From Psilocybe cubensis (Eukaryota): a stretch of DNA of 64,000 nucleotides. The stretch lies in NCBI GenBank assembly GCA_017499595.2, contig CM039005.1:1302001-1366000 (forward strand). The letters are read 5' to 3'. The position numbers were made by a program, and so were the translations under genes. The notes under the pieces are model-generated. The model searched no databases. It was not told the DNA's origin and was given only the letters and a program-made list of their open reading frames with translations. Below are positions 22,586 to 33,894 of this stretch, piece after piece (the stretch's first letter is position 1; the number at the start of each line of letters is the position of its first letter).

Positions 22586-25285
22586 TCATTTCCTCCCATT
22601 CTTGCCTCGACCTCGGGCAGCAGTCTTTGTGCCTCGTTTTGGGGGTGCTTTTTCCTGAGCAGAAGCTTCCAAGCTTCCATGGTTGACTGCAGCAGCCGAG
22701 TCTGAATGCATAAGCAGTGGGTGACAGTTTGCAGGATCAACAGCCTGCAACATCGGATTGAAACTGTCAGAGGACCCGGGTGTGTCAACATTTGCCTTTG
22801 TTGTCCTAATGGTGTCTGATCGTGTGGATCTTCGAGGTGGCTCCGAATAAGCTGTCAGACCAGCAGGCGTGGCAGAAGATTTAGCTGAATTCAAGGCCGG
22901 TTGAAATGGTGAGACAGACTACATTGGTCGAAGGCAATATTAGTCCGAAGTTCCGGGAGATTATGAATATGAGGAACGCCTACCAGATTGTCCAGGGCTC
23001 TGCTACTACTTGTTGTGTGTATCTCTTTTTCAGGAATATTGACGTACTCGGCTTCTGCTGCTACTGATTTGTTATTAGGAACACAGTAATATTCATATTA
23101 GGATTAATTTGAAGTAAGCTTACCAGGTTCTTGTATATGTATGCAGTCGTTGTCTGCCCATGAACCTTGATCATCGTCGATGTCAAAGTTGGATCCCCTA
23201 TCAGAATTTGACTGATGTTCATGGTCCAAGAATGATTGTGCACGTCCAAGAGCAATCGGATTTGGAATAAAATCTGGGTCCTCTGGCTGCAAGTCAGTCG
23301 ACCTATTGTTGGCCATGGTGTCGCATTCGAGGTCTTGCATGGTATCGTTTATTTGGTCAGTGTTAGTGGCAGCCTCTGCAACATGAAGGCGTTGTATATC
23401 CTGCTCTATTTCATCTGATATATTGTCCATATCAATAACCTCACGATCCGCATCATCCGACGAGCGTTTCATTGCGGCATTGTGTGTGGAAAAAACCTCC
23501 GCATCCCATTCTTTGAGAAGCCGATTGACGTAGCTAGCAGTTGATGGATCGTCACGTAGCACAGTGAGATATTTTTTGTAGTAATTGATATCACCAGTGT
23601 AATCAATCCCTGTTTCGGGACCAACACCTCCGTTATCAAAGCGGGTGTCTGGTGATAACGTGAATCTTGTCTGTAATGAAATAATTAAGACAGCGTTGAG
23701 AGATCAAGAAAAAGGCTCACAATGCCGGATATTAAAGCAATAAGGCCAAATGTTGTTGCCGCAGGCATATCCGATCTTAAGTAGTAACTGGGCTCCCGGC
23801 CAATAGCCAAAGATTTGGCCTTTGCTGCCTTCTTGCCAAAGATAATCGCACGTGCGACCTGTCATATAGTGAGTGTCAGTACATCATTTATTCGTGAAAG
23901 ATTGATTTAAATAAGTCAAATAGACATACCATGAACAATTTCCCGTTCCTGAACCGGTTCTCCACTTTTGAGGAATCTTCATCCTTGCAGAGCACGGGTG
24001 GAAAGCGAGCATATGCCTTTTCTGGGAACTTTTTTCCCTCTTCCGAATCAGCAAAGTCGGCATTGTATCCAAGAAGTGCGCGGATCTCCGGAACAGCGAT
24101 GCGTTTGGAAGAAAAATCAGATTCGAAATAGGCGCTTGGCAGATTGAAAATGATTGGGCCAGAGTTGTTTCGGAGTTGTGATATAGATGTTGAGTGGCTA
24201 GCGCTGATTGCATCCCGGAACTGGAAATCATAAAAGATGGTTAATAACAATGGAATTATCATAGATTAGAAATGACTTACTAGCTTTACAAATTTCTTTC
24301 CTTTGGATTGAGCGGCCAGCTTCATAATTGGGTGGTACTTGAGTGGAATCTGTTCATAAAGCTCAACTGTTGGTCCAATCGCCTCATTTGCATCTGTCAG
24401 GTATCGTGTCGCACTATCTGAGGCAAACAGAACCTTAGGAAGGGTGGAAGCAAATGTGGAAACTGTGACAAATGTGTTGAAGAACAAGCTAAAATAACGT
24501 CCCCACTTCTTCACATCGGATGACATATCAGTTGAGCTTGAATCCAAGGCATTGGCTGAATGTCGTTGTTCAAGCTTCATGTCTGCAAGCTCCGCTTTGA
24601 GTGCCGTATTTTGCGCCTTGAGTGCCGAAACCTCTTGCTGCAGTCCACAGTATGCCTATTAGATAATAGATACACAATCAGATACAATGTACAGTAATCA
24701 GAGGAATTTGACATTGCACCTGGTAGAGCTGAGCTGAATCTAGAATACGTGGCATCGAAAAAGATGATGCCGCAGAGACCGGGGCAGACCTGCTGCCACT
24801 ACTGGCATCAGAAGCAACAGAGTGCTGTTCTGAATTTGGTGTTAAAGATGCAGCAACTACAGGTTGCGTAGGGCTGAATGTTGACCGTGACTCTGCACGA
24901 GCACCAGCGCCTTGAGGTTGAATGCGACGACAAGACATAGAATGAACAAACAAGTTGATAACAGGTAGTCCAGATTACGAGTGTCAATGGGGGATAGAAA
25001 TACAAGTGTCTTGAAGTTACAATACAAGGTTGCCTTAAATCAAAAAAGGATACAGAAAATATCTTGTAGCATCATGATTTCCACACTCTGAATTGCTTTT
25101 TTTGAGCATAATCCTGAACATTGGCTGTGTTCAGATTCATTCTGATTTAGACACTGCCAGTAATAATTCAACAAAGAAATTAAAACAGAGCCGTTTCTGG
25201 CTTGTTTACAGCCACTAACCTTCTGTGATACATTGCTCGGTGGTTGATTTGCTGTTTCAGCTCGAGTGCGACTACCTTGAGGCAT
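22586..25285 (-). CDS. Transposon-borne accessory protein (coiled coil, globular core, acidic then basic tail); 5' exons uncertain
   Basis: Spliced exons give LQQEVSALKAQNTALKAELADMKL (coiled coil), KKWGRYFSLFFNTFV, RFPPVLCKD...FRNGKLFM, VARAIIFGKK, RFTLSPDTRFDNGGVGPETGIDY...YYKKYL, LLKEWDAEVF, and end in RGRGKNGRK*. No stops in the exons I traced. Confidence 0.7.
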
Positions 25286-25504
25286 CCATGAGGTTCGAGT
25301 CAATTGTTTGAGTCTAAAAATTTGTTGAAGTTAAAATTCTCACGGAATTTAATACTTCCCACGATGCAAAGGCGACAGTTGCATGGTTGTCTCGCATCCT
25401 TGCCCACTATTATGAGTTTATATATTAAGAACATGCTTTCAGTCTGCAATACATTGTAAATTAATGAGTTACAGCACTGCTAACATATTAATGAATTGAA
25501 GGGT

Positions 25505-28500
25505 TCATATATTTGCATGGGTTATCAATTCCGTGTCATTGGGCGAATCCATGTCAGGATTCAATCTTTTCCACATATCCTGATCAGTTAATGTGTTGAC
25601 AAAATACTCTGAAACAGCATCAGAGGTATGGTTTTCTGAAAGGAGTGCACCACGAATGATTGAATCTGTGTTAATGAACACAGTTCCAGACGATGATGGA
25701 CGAGATTTAACTCTTAATAATCGAAGGTCTTTGTCACGGCGACGATTGGAAAGAGATCGCGGGACGTCCAATGGGAGGACCAGGGCCATGTATAATGTCT
25801 GATTCCCATCGAGCTGAATTCCAAAGATATAGAGCAATTGAACAAATATACATTTGTTCTCTTCAACCTTGATCAGAGTGAAGTCGTATCGTTTCTTGTG
25901 ATGGAAATCTGGATTGGTTTGAAGAATATTACTCTCAATGCGCCAGTCGATGAGCGAGCGGTAGAAGACCTCCATAGTCTGGTATGGAGTAATCTTTCAA
26001 AGTAATTAGGGATAAGGTTAAAAGGTGCAAAACAATCACATAGTGTATGCCAGGACTTACAGTATGACTTGAACTCAACATAATTCGGGTACCCAACAGT
26101 CTAGTAAGTGCATGCCCAAGTTGTCGTCGAAAGGATGTAAAGTGTACATTTGTGGAATGTATATTTTCAAGGTTCTCGAGCGTAATTTGAGGTAGCCTTG
26201 ATCCAAATTCTACGTGGTCATTTCCAGGCTTTGATTTGAGCCTAGATTTCTCTAAATCCATCCCTTCTCTATTCTTTGCCTTGGTAATGGTTTCTTCCTG
26301 AGACAGATCAAGGTCGTCGATTTTACTGCGAATAATTGTTGACACAAGGTCCATTTCGCTGACTCGAAGGATCTAAATTTAATACAATGTCAATGTTATT
26401 GCATAAACAAGTTCTGAAGCAACATTAAGAGGGTCATGTAAATGCCTTACTTGTCCTTCTGTGTTCTTGAAATTGGTATGATTTTGGTAGTACTTCTTGA
26501 GTGGACCATTTGCCTTTTCGTTTGGCTTTGTATTGTAGTTTTGCGTGACCCCTTTGGCAAAAATATCATCAAAAACATGCTGATGGGTGTGTATCTTGGG
26601 AAAATTCCATGACTTCTCCCGATTTGCGGCTTCATACCACTGATTCAATAAACAGTAAGTCAGCCCTGCCAAATAAAAACCGAAATATTCAATTAAGAGT
26701 CTTACTCACACGGAGAAGTTTTTCAAACTTGATGAGCTCACCACGTCCGTAGTTTATAAATGTTTCTGTCTGTAATGTAAGTGATACAAACATCCGGAGT
26801 TCAAGGTAACTCCGAGTCAGTTGAAGAAGCAAATATCCACTTTGTGAGGATTCCGGTGTAAGCACATGCTGGCAAGCATATACAATTACCTTAGAAAGAT
26901 CCTCAAATTTACGTCCATCTGCCATTTCACCAGTTTTTTGTAGTGAATGAAAATGGTTGAGACCCGACCAAGGAGGAATGGATTGAAGTGCGTGGTCAAC
27001 AGCTGTCTCTGCAGCACGCCCCATATCTCTGAGAGTTGCCTTGAGCTCTCCTAGCAAATGGTGCTTGAAAAGTCCCCCGTCGTATGCATGGAGAACATCA
27101 AAGGAGAGAGCGGCATAAATATCTGTTCTGTGTAGATCCCAAAATACATTCTGTAAAACATGGATTGAGAGGAATTAATTAGCGAGTTGTCATTATATTA
27201 TATATAAATTCAAACCAAAATTTGTTATTTAAATTCTAAGAGATGTGTGCCTACCGGTACATCAGTAATCCCATAGGATTTCAGGTGTTCTTCACCTCTT
27301 GTTACATTCATTTGTTGCGCCTGGTTATACACCTCTTGCATTGTAGAAGTTGTGCGTCGTGGATATGTGACTAACAGATTTGAAAGCTCTGTTTGTGGAA
27401 CTAGACAGATTGGGCAGGGGAAAAGCCCAGTCTTTCCACGTGTTAATGCCATCATTGTCCTACTTGACACAGGTAATAATTCAACATCAAATATATAAAT
27501 TGCAAGAAACATAACTTACTGTTCCTCGTAGTCAGCAGATATCATAAGAACATGCGGAAAGATGTTTCGAACCAACCCGTCGCCACATTTTATAGCCGCA
27601 CCGAAATATGTAGTGTCTTCAATAGACTTTAGAATCCTATGCACAGCTTTGTGCCAAATCAATCTTTTGAGATCAACATAGCTAGATTTGTGAATATGAG
27701 CGGAATCTTCATCAGGCTATCGTAATATTGTTCAGTATGTTAACAAATTTAAAAGTAAATGTAATATTCTAGACGCACTATGGGCAACCAACCAATGAGT
27801 CGCCCTCCACCGACCCCACTTCCATTTTGAATGTCCACGGGCAAATTTGCACATCGGACCAGAACAGGATAACCCTTCACTGTTCCAAAGGACGAAAGGT
27901 TTGCTTTATCAGCCCAAAATTCAATGCATAGTAGGCTGGCATCGTGAGGAACATCCGGACGCGACTATAAAAGAGAATATTAGTCATTTGAATATAGCAG
28001 CTAAATTAGAGAGTGAATTGGACAACTGACTTGTTGAGTCCACCATTCATCAGCAGTCCATGGTTCATCAATAACCCGCTCATATGTGTTCCCGTTGAAC
28101 ATATAAATCTTTTCAGCATCCCAACGAAACTCCCTAATAAGCGCCGGGTTGAGGAGAAGCTCACGGCACCATTCCCAAATTGGGCGGTACCAAACATTAT
28201 ACTCGAGGCTTTCACCCTTGTATTCAACAAAGATCGGTGCTTTAATAAACTGCTCCATACCAAGATCTGTAAGTAACTCTCAATGTCACATCAAGACAGG
28301 ATTTGACACGTACTCCTTGTGCACAAGTGTCTCTTGCAAACCCCCATATTTCAGACAAATCTGAGTTGTTTTCTAAGGTAAAATCCCTCGGAGATTTAAT
28401 CGCTCTGTGTATCAATGAAATCATCACCTCAATCTTGTCTCGACTCATGTGAGAGCTGAGAAAAATCTCAGCAAACTCAAAGTCCAAATGTGTTCGAAAT

Positions 28501-29263
28501 GGGCGCCATGGTCTTTCGGACTCGGACTCAGACTTGTTGGTAGATACTGAATCTGAATTCTGACCCAATTGATGTGCTTGACTCTCTGAACGAGGTGGAG
28601 CTGCAGATAATTGATTGATAATGTCGCTGGTATCAGCCTCGTCGAGTTCGCAGTATTCTGCAAATGTGTAGTGCTGATCCTTCTCATTGGTACGTGGGTG
28701 GTGCTTTATTTTAATATCATACAACTGAGGATGATGGTGACCGGCAGGCTCATCTGATTCTGTCTCGTTGTAGGTCCCTGTGTATCCCATTGTGTTACTA
28801 CTGTGACCATTTTCACCTGAATAGCTTATTAGACACAATGACTTGTTGTCAATGTAATGCCAAAAACATGCTCACTTTCAGGTTCCGTTAGAATGTTTCT
28901 GTCCAACAATTCAAAGTTGAGAGACATTGTAACAGTTGCATTTGAATTGCTACCGGGTTCCCTGGCACTAATAGCGCCTGGACCAGTATAACGACCATTG
29001 GCTATTTGAAGTGCATAATGAGCTAGAAGTGAATATATCAACAAATATTGTCTAACAATTAAAAATCAAATTTACTTATTACCTTCACGATTTTGTTCAA
29101 CCGCTAACATATCAAATGCAAGGTCGGAATTACGATTAGCAGGGTTGTTTGAGCAACTGCGTTCATGGGCAGCAAGTCCTCTTGGGAGCGTGGTTATTGT
29201 GCACCAAGCGCACTTGATGCGCCCATCGCTGCCGATGACTCTTCGAGATTGTTTGGGCGGCAT
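25505..29263 (-). CDS. Plavaka-family transposase, about 11 exons, apparently intact
   Basis: N-terminal CAWC...HERSC zinc finger, PWRPFRTHLDFEFAE, YRPIWEWCRELL, DEPWTADEWW, IEFWADKANLSSFG, ISADYEEQ, FPCPICLVP, SFDVLH, WNFPKIH, NYNTKPNEKANG. All traced junctions are GT-AG and in frame. Confidence 0.88.
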
Positions 29264-29435
29264 GTCTGTGAGAAATGTGCAATGAAAGTGCGAGAGTATA
29301 TATGTCAATCTTTGAGAAATGTTGCTCAGTCACCTTAGTCCGGGGTGTTACAATTACTAGTATCCGCCAATATCATGCTTTATATTATTCCAGAGCCACT
29401 GTAACTATCCATATACCGCATAGACCAGTCAAATG

Positions 29436-29632
29436 ATGTTCATATTGATACTACAAGCACCATATAACACGTAGCCTAGTGTAACTCATAGCAGCATGAA
29501 AGTGGCACAGTGACATTATTTTGACAGCAATCAATGTATATATTGACACTACTAGCACTATACACGTAGCCCATTGTCAATGTAACCCGTAGTAGCATGA
29601 CATTGGCGCGCTGACATTGCTTTAACAGACAT
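29436..29632. repeat. Two imperfect ~100-bp tandem copies inside the transposon, upstream of the transposase
   Basis: atattgatactacaagcac...cacgtagcc...gtaactcatagcagcatga...tgacatt is repeated as atattgacactactagcac...cacgtagcc...gtaacccgtagtagcatga...tgacatt. Confidence 0.7.
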
Positions 29633-29844
29633 AATGAAAATTTTTGGCATATTAATAAATGTTATTACATTGAGTATGTCAATGTACATCTAGTTCAGAC
29701 GAGCTTACAAGGCTTTGAAATTAGCCAGAAGCTTACACAGAACGTCTATGTTTGTTGGTCGTGATGACATTGGCGAAGTCCAGTCTGTTATTGACTGTCT
29801 AGTCGTTATCTTATCATATACTATTTACATTATCATTCTGCCCT

Positions 29845-29976
29845 AGTTCTAATCAGGCAGTCGTGTCGCTTATCATACCACGCGTCGCATTTTTTAGCCT
29901 TAACAGTGATCTGATCAGGCAAAAGGGGCCTATGATCATACTAATGCCTGAAAAGGCAACCTGCAGATTTCCGACA
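29845..29976 (-). repeat. Right TIR plus subterminal repeats of the transposon
   Basis: Reverse complement of the end reads tgtcggaaatctgcaggttgccttttcaggc. Internal ctaatcaggca and tgatctgatcaggca match the left-end motifs. Confidence 0.8.
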
Positions 29977-30309
29977 TGCCATCCAATTCTCTCAAGTTGC
30001 TATTATCGAGCTCTGCCGTACATGTGGTGTATTTCTGACAATAATTAAGGGGCCAAGAATGGGTTGGCAAGAAGTTGAACAATATTTGGCTGCATTATGA
30101 ATGCGTTTCTCCACATGTAATATGGCGTCGGAGATGCGCAGTACGCGCCTTGCTCGCTCCATAGCCAAGATTGCTACTGTTGACGTTTGTACAGGTGATT
30201 ATAGTGATTATTATATTATCATGTAAATAAACTGGGAGCATTTATTTAAATCCCTTCGCTCCTTAGTCATTCTATTATCCACCGCATTATTCCACTCCAC
30301 AGCAGTCAG

Positions 30310-30545
30310 TTGCAGCGTGAGTGGGGCAGTACGTGTACCCATTAGCTATACCGTCTTTGCTCAAAGGCACTTGGAGCATTGGTAATTGTGCTAGAGTTAG
30401 TGAGCGGAAATCCCTGCTCCGCGTGTCTAACTAGATCTGGGTGCGTGGCCCAATTGAATCCTACGAAGACGCCATCGATTTTTCCGGCACAGAAAAGCTC
30501 CTCGACTTCGTCCGACGAATCATTAGCTATGATGAATAGTTCTGC
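30310..30545 (-). pseudogene. Degenerate relic of an OYE last exon
   Basis: Translates as ELFIIANDSSDEVEELFCAGKIDGVFVGFNWATHPDLVRHAEQGFPLTN, then frameshifts to GIANGYTYCPT. Parallels the last exon of adjacent OYE copy 2; no upstream exons found. Confidence 0.8.
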
Positions 30546-30849
30546 TATGTTGATGGCTGCGAAGTTCTTCCAGTAGAATAGTTCGGTTAGGTCGCACTGA
30601 ATGTCGAGACAGAATTTTAAGCTGTTCGTCGATAGGGGTTCAAAATAAGCGCCCGAAAGTGGTAATATTGCTTGTAAACCTTTGAAAGTGGTAAGCGTAA
30701 GGTCAAATTATCGTCGCAATTCGAGTCTGCGTATCTCCAATTAAGTGATGTATAAACAAGTTGCTGTATTTTAATTACAATCAAATCTAGACTTGATCTA
30801 TTACTGCCCCAACTGCTTTATCCCACTCCAACATAACAATAATACACCA

Positions 30850-32463
30850 CTACGCAGCGGCCGCGGCGGTGGGGTAGTCCGTATATCCACTGGCATAATC
30901 TTCTTTGCTCGCAGTGGCTTGGAGTAATTGCATTTTTGGAGGGTTATTCAGTGGAATACCCTGTTCTATACGCTTCACGAGATCTGGGTGGGTGGCCCAC
31001 CTTAGTCCTATGAAAGTTCCATCGATTTTTCCGGCCGAGATGAGTTCCTCTGCTTCATCTGGTGTGACCTCTGAGTTGAGAAATAGCTTTGAGTTCTTGA
31101 TATAAGAACGATAGGATTCGAGTACGTCATGATCAGTTCCTCGAGCTGTCCCTGCGAATGCAATTATATATTAATATTGTCTCCGCAGATAGATGCATCC
31201 ACTGTGCGTGTGCTAACCGTTCACAAGTGCGTCATGCACTGCATTGTACCGTACGAGGGCAATGTATGCAAGATTCAGCTTGTCAGCTTCAGTTATAAAA
31301 TAAGAGAAGGTGTCAAGTGTGTCTTGCAGAGGCATCCTATTACACTTAGTGAAATATAGCAGGGTGGTACACGATATCTACTCACCCGAGATCATTAATT
31401 CCTGCACCAGGATTAAGCTTCAGGCCGACATCTGAACCATAGACCTCCTTCAAAGTCTTTAGCACCGAGATGCCGAATCTTGAGCGATTTTCAATGCTAC
31501 CTCCCCATTCGTCAGTACGCTGGTTGCTGTTATAGTCGAGGAATTGATGTGGAAGAACACCGCTAGATGCCATCACTAAATCCAAAAGGTACCTTAAATA
31601 TGCAAAAAATTGGAAGTAGAAAGTTGGTGGGTGTAGACGCACATTCAACCCCGTCGAAGCCAGCCCTTTTGGCGTTGATCGCAGCATGGCGGTATTTGTC
31701 AATCAATATCCGAGGATCGTCAACAGCTGTGGGCTTAAGATGCAAGATGAGGGTTTGACTTATGGAAGGCCCTCGCTGACTACGTACTGTAACTGTCCCA
31801 GGTTCTCCAGGTATTTGGCGGAATCTAACGTGGCTTTTAGCAGCAATTGCAGATGGCGCGTATACAGGCTATTCGAAATCTCACTCGTCAGCTACATGTT
31901 TAAAAGTGAAAGCATAAATGTAGACTTACCTCGCCAGCGAGTTTCTGTTCTGGCGTATCAGGATGGGAAAGCCGTCCCGCTAGATAAACCTTAGTTGAGT
32001 GACCTTACTACAGATGCTGAATACACACCATGCCAAAGCTATCATTTCACTCAGATCAGCAATTGCTTCATGCCATTCAATAATACAGTGAAGGTCACCA
32101 ACCTGCGCATAAATCTTTCCACCTGCCCCGTGAACGGCATCAGTCACGGCTTTCCAACCGGTAACATGTTTATCATCCCAGAGTCCGGGAGCGTTTGGCC
32201 ACGGTGTCCTAATTAGTAAATGTAATTAATCTTTGGCGCGTTCGGTCGTTGGAAGATATTGCTCACCCTTGACGACATATGAGGATGCCCTCTGTGACTA
32301 TGATGCCTGCGCCGCCAATAGCGCGTTGCTCGTAGTATTCCTTCATAAGTTCGGTAGGATATGTCGCTTCGGCACGGTTCCTCGTAAGAGCAGACATTCC
32401 GATCCGGTTTCTCAACTGAGCACTTCCTACTTGAATCGGTTTGAAAATATTCTGGCTGGACAT
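30850..32463 (-). CDS. Old Yellow Enzyme family protein, copy 2 (non-canonical active site)
   Basis: IFKPIQVGSAQLRNRIGMSALTRNRA, EYYEQRAIGGAGIIVTEG, GFDGVE-LMASSGVLPHQFLDYNSNQRTDEWGG, WATHPDLVKRI, GYTDYPTAAAAA*. Exon layout matches copies 1 and 3. Confidence 0.92.
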
Positions 32464-33035
32464 TGTGATGGATGCGATATAGGTAGTTTGAAGGCTATTT
32501 GCAGTCGATTATGTTCCTCCTTCTTTGAATCGCCTTTGCTTATATACATACTCAATGTCGGGACCGCTACTAGGCGCCTACGTTTGCATCTCTTGCGCAT
32601 TTATAATCACCATTAACGATCGTTAACAGCGGCTAAGCCTAACCAGCTGCATGGCCAATCCAAACTCGAGAATACGATGCTTACCCGAATTGTATCACGT
32701 ACCAGTCACGCTTTAACCAGGGTCAACACTTGGTCAACACATTAACCCTGGCCATCAACTTGTCATTCGTCGGACACCAACACCATCATCTCAATCAATT
32801 CACGAGCTATTCTTAGCAGCCATGATTGTCACTACGCAGCGTTACTTGGGATCTCTTGCTGAGAGAGAGTTTGTGTGTGATATACGATGTACAACTGAGC
32901 TTGACGATACCCCTGTGTGTACTGCAATCGGAGGGATCGGAGAGGAAAAGAACGTCGACCGGAAAAATGTAGATTATTACTCATACCTGACTTCGGTGAT
33001 CCCCATGAATTTAAAGGTCCGTAACAGTTGCTTAC

Positions 33036-33269
33036 AAGGATACTAAATCATGGAATCAGAATTATATATCTTCATTACAATAAAAAAGACTCACGGGGAG
33101 GGGCCCAGCAATTCCAGAGCCTGAGAACCATGCAATTAACGCACAGTTCATGTGGACTCGATATGATAATGATACACCACTTACAAAGCTCTCCGACAGG
33201 AATTGTCTGCCCGTAAGCAGAGGCAGCACCGAGAGCCGCAACGACAAGAGAAATGGCTAGTTTAAACAT
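33036..33269 (-). CDS. Small secreted Cys-containing protein with microexons; 3' end not resolved, possibly truncated
   Basis: MFKLAISLVVAALGAASAYG signal peptide, QTIPVGELC, a 26-nt exon SGIAGPLP and a 7-nt exon (YP), all flanked by GT-AG. No convincing continuation found. Confidence 0.5.
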
Positions 33270-33894
33270 GATTATCTTCGATTGTGGAAGGGAATTGGGC
33301 GACAGTGATTTCTGGCTCTGCTCACACCATGAGACTGGCGCTTTTATGTGCTCACTCCATGGCCTAGGGTCGATCCAGGGATACGAATCTCCCACTATTC
33401 GAATTCATTAATCCATTTCCCGAGTTGAACGGCCAGAAAAGTTGAGCGCGTAGATGACTACCACGTCGTTGGGAATCAAGTGGAGGCATAAATTGAGGTC
33501 TCGACACGCATTCAAGGACCAGGTGACGAAAGGTTCACGTTAGTTCCAATTTGCCAAGACGAAAATCAACACACCCCTGGGCATTTTTCATTGTCAACGA
33601 AGTGTCATGGATTGACTATCATCAAAACACTAGCGATCTAAGATGAATTTGAAAATGAAACGGCGTCGAAATAGCCCGATATTTTTCTTTGGTATGGAGA
33701 TGGATTGTATGGTGTTCAACTGAAGCCGACTCCTTTAAATTACTCACTGTCACTGTAAAACGCACTATCGCCAGCGCAGTTTGAAAATTACAACAAAGTT
33801 GAGTATAGATAATTATACACGCTATTAGGGTAAACACATCCTAAGAAACATATCGAACTGTAGCATTCGTCCATGAAAGTCGTCACATACAGCT

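Larger units (their letters stand above)
21902..29976 (-). mobile_element. Full-length Plavaka-type (CACTA/CMC-related) DNA transposon, 8075 bp
   Basis: Termini TGTCGGAAA...TTTCCGACA within 31-bp imperfect TIRs (23/31 match). TG flanks both ends (21900-21901, 29977-29978). Subterminal GCCTnATnA-type repeats at both ends. Encodes a Plavaka-like transposase and a second gene. Confidence 0.88.

Noticed and set aside
21919..29632. Short repeats inside the transposon as a CRISPR-like array
   Set aside because: Eukaryotic context, irregular spacing, degenerate units and no cas genes; explained as subterminal and tandem repeats.
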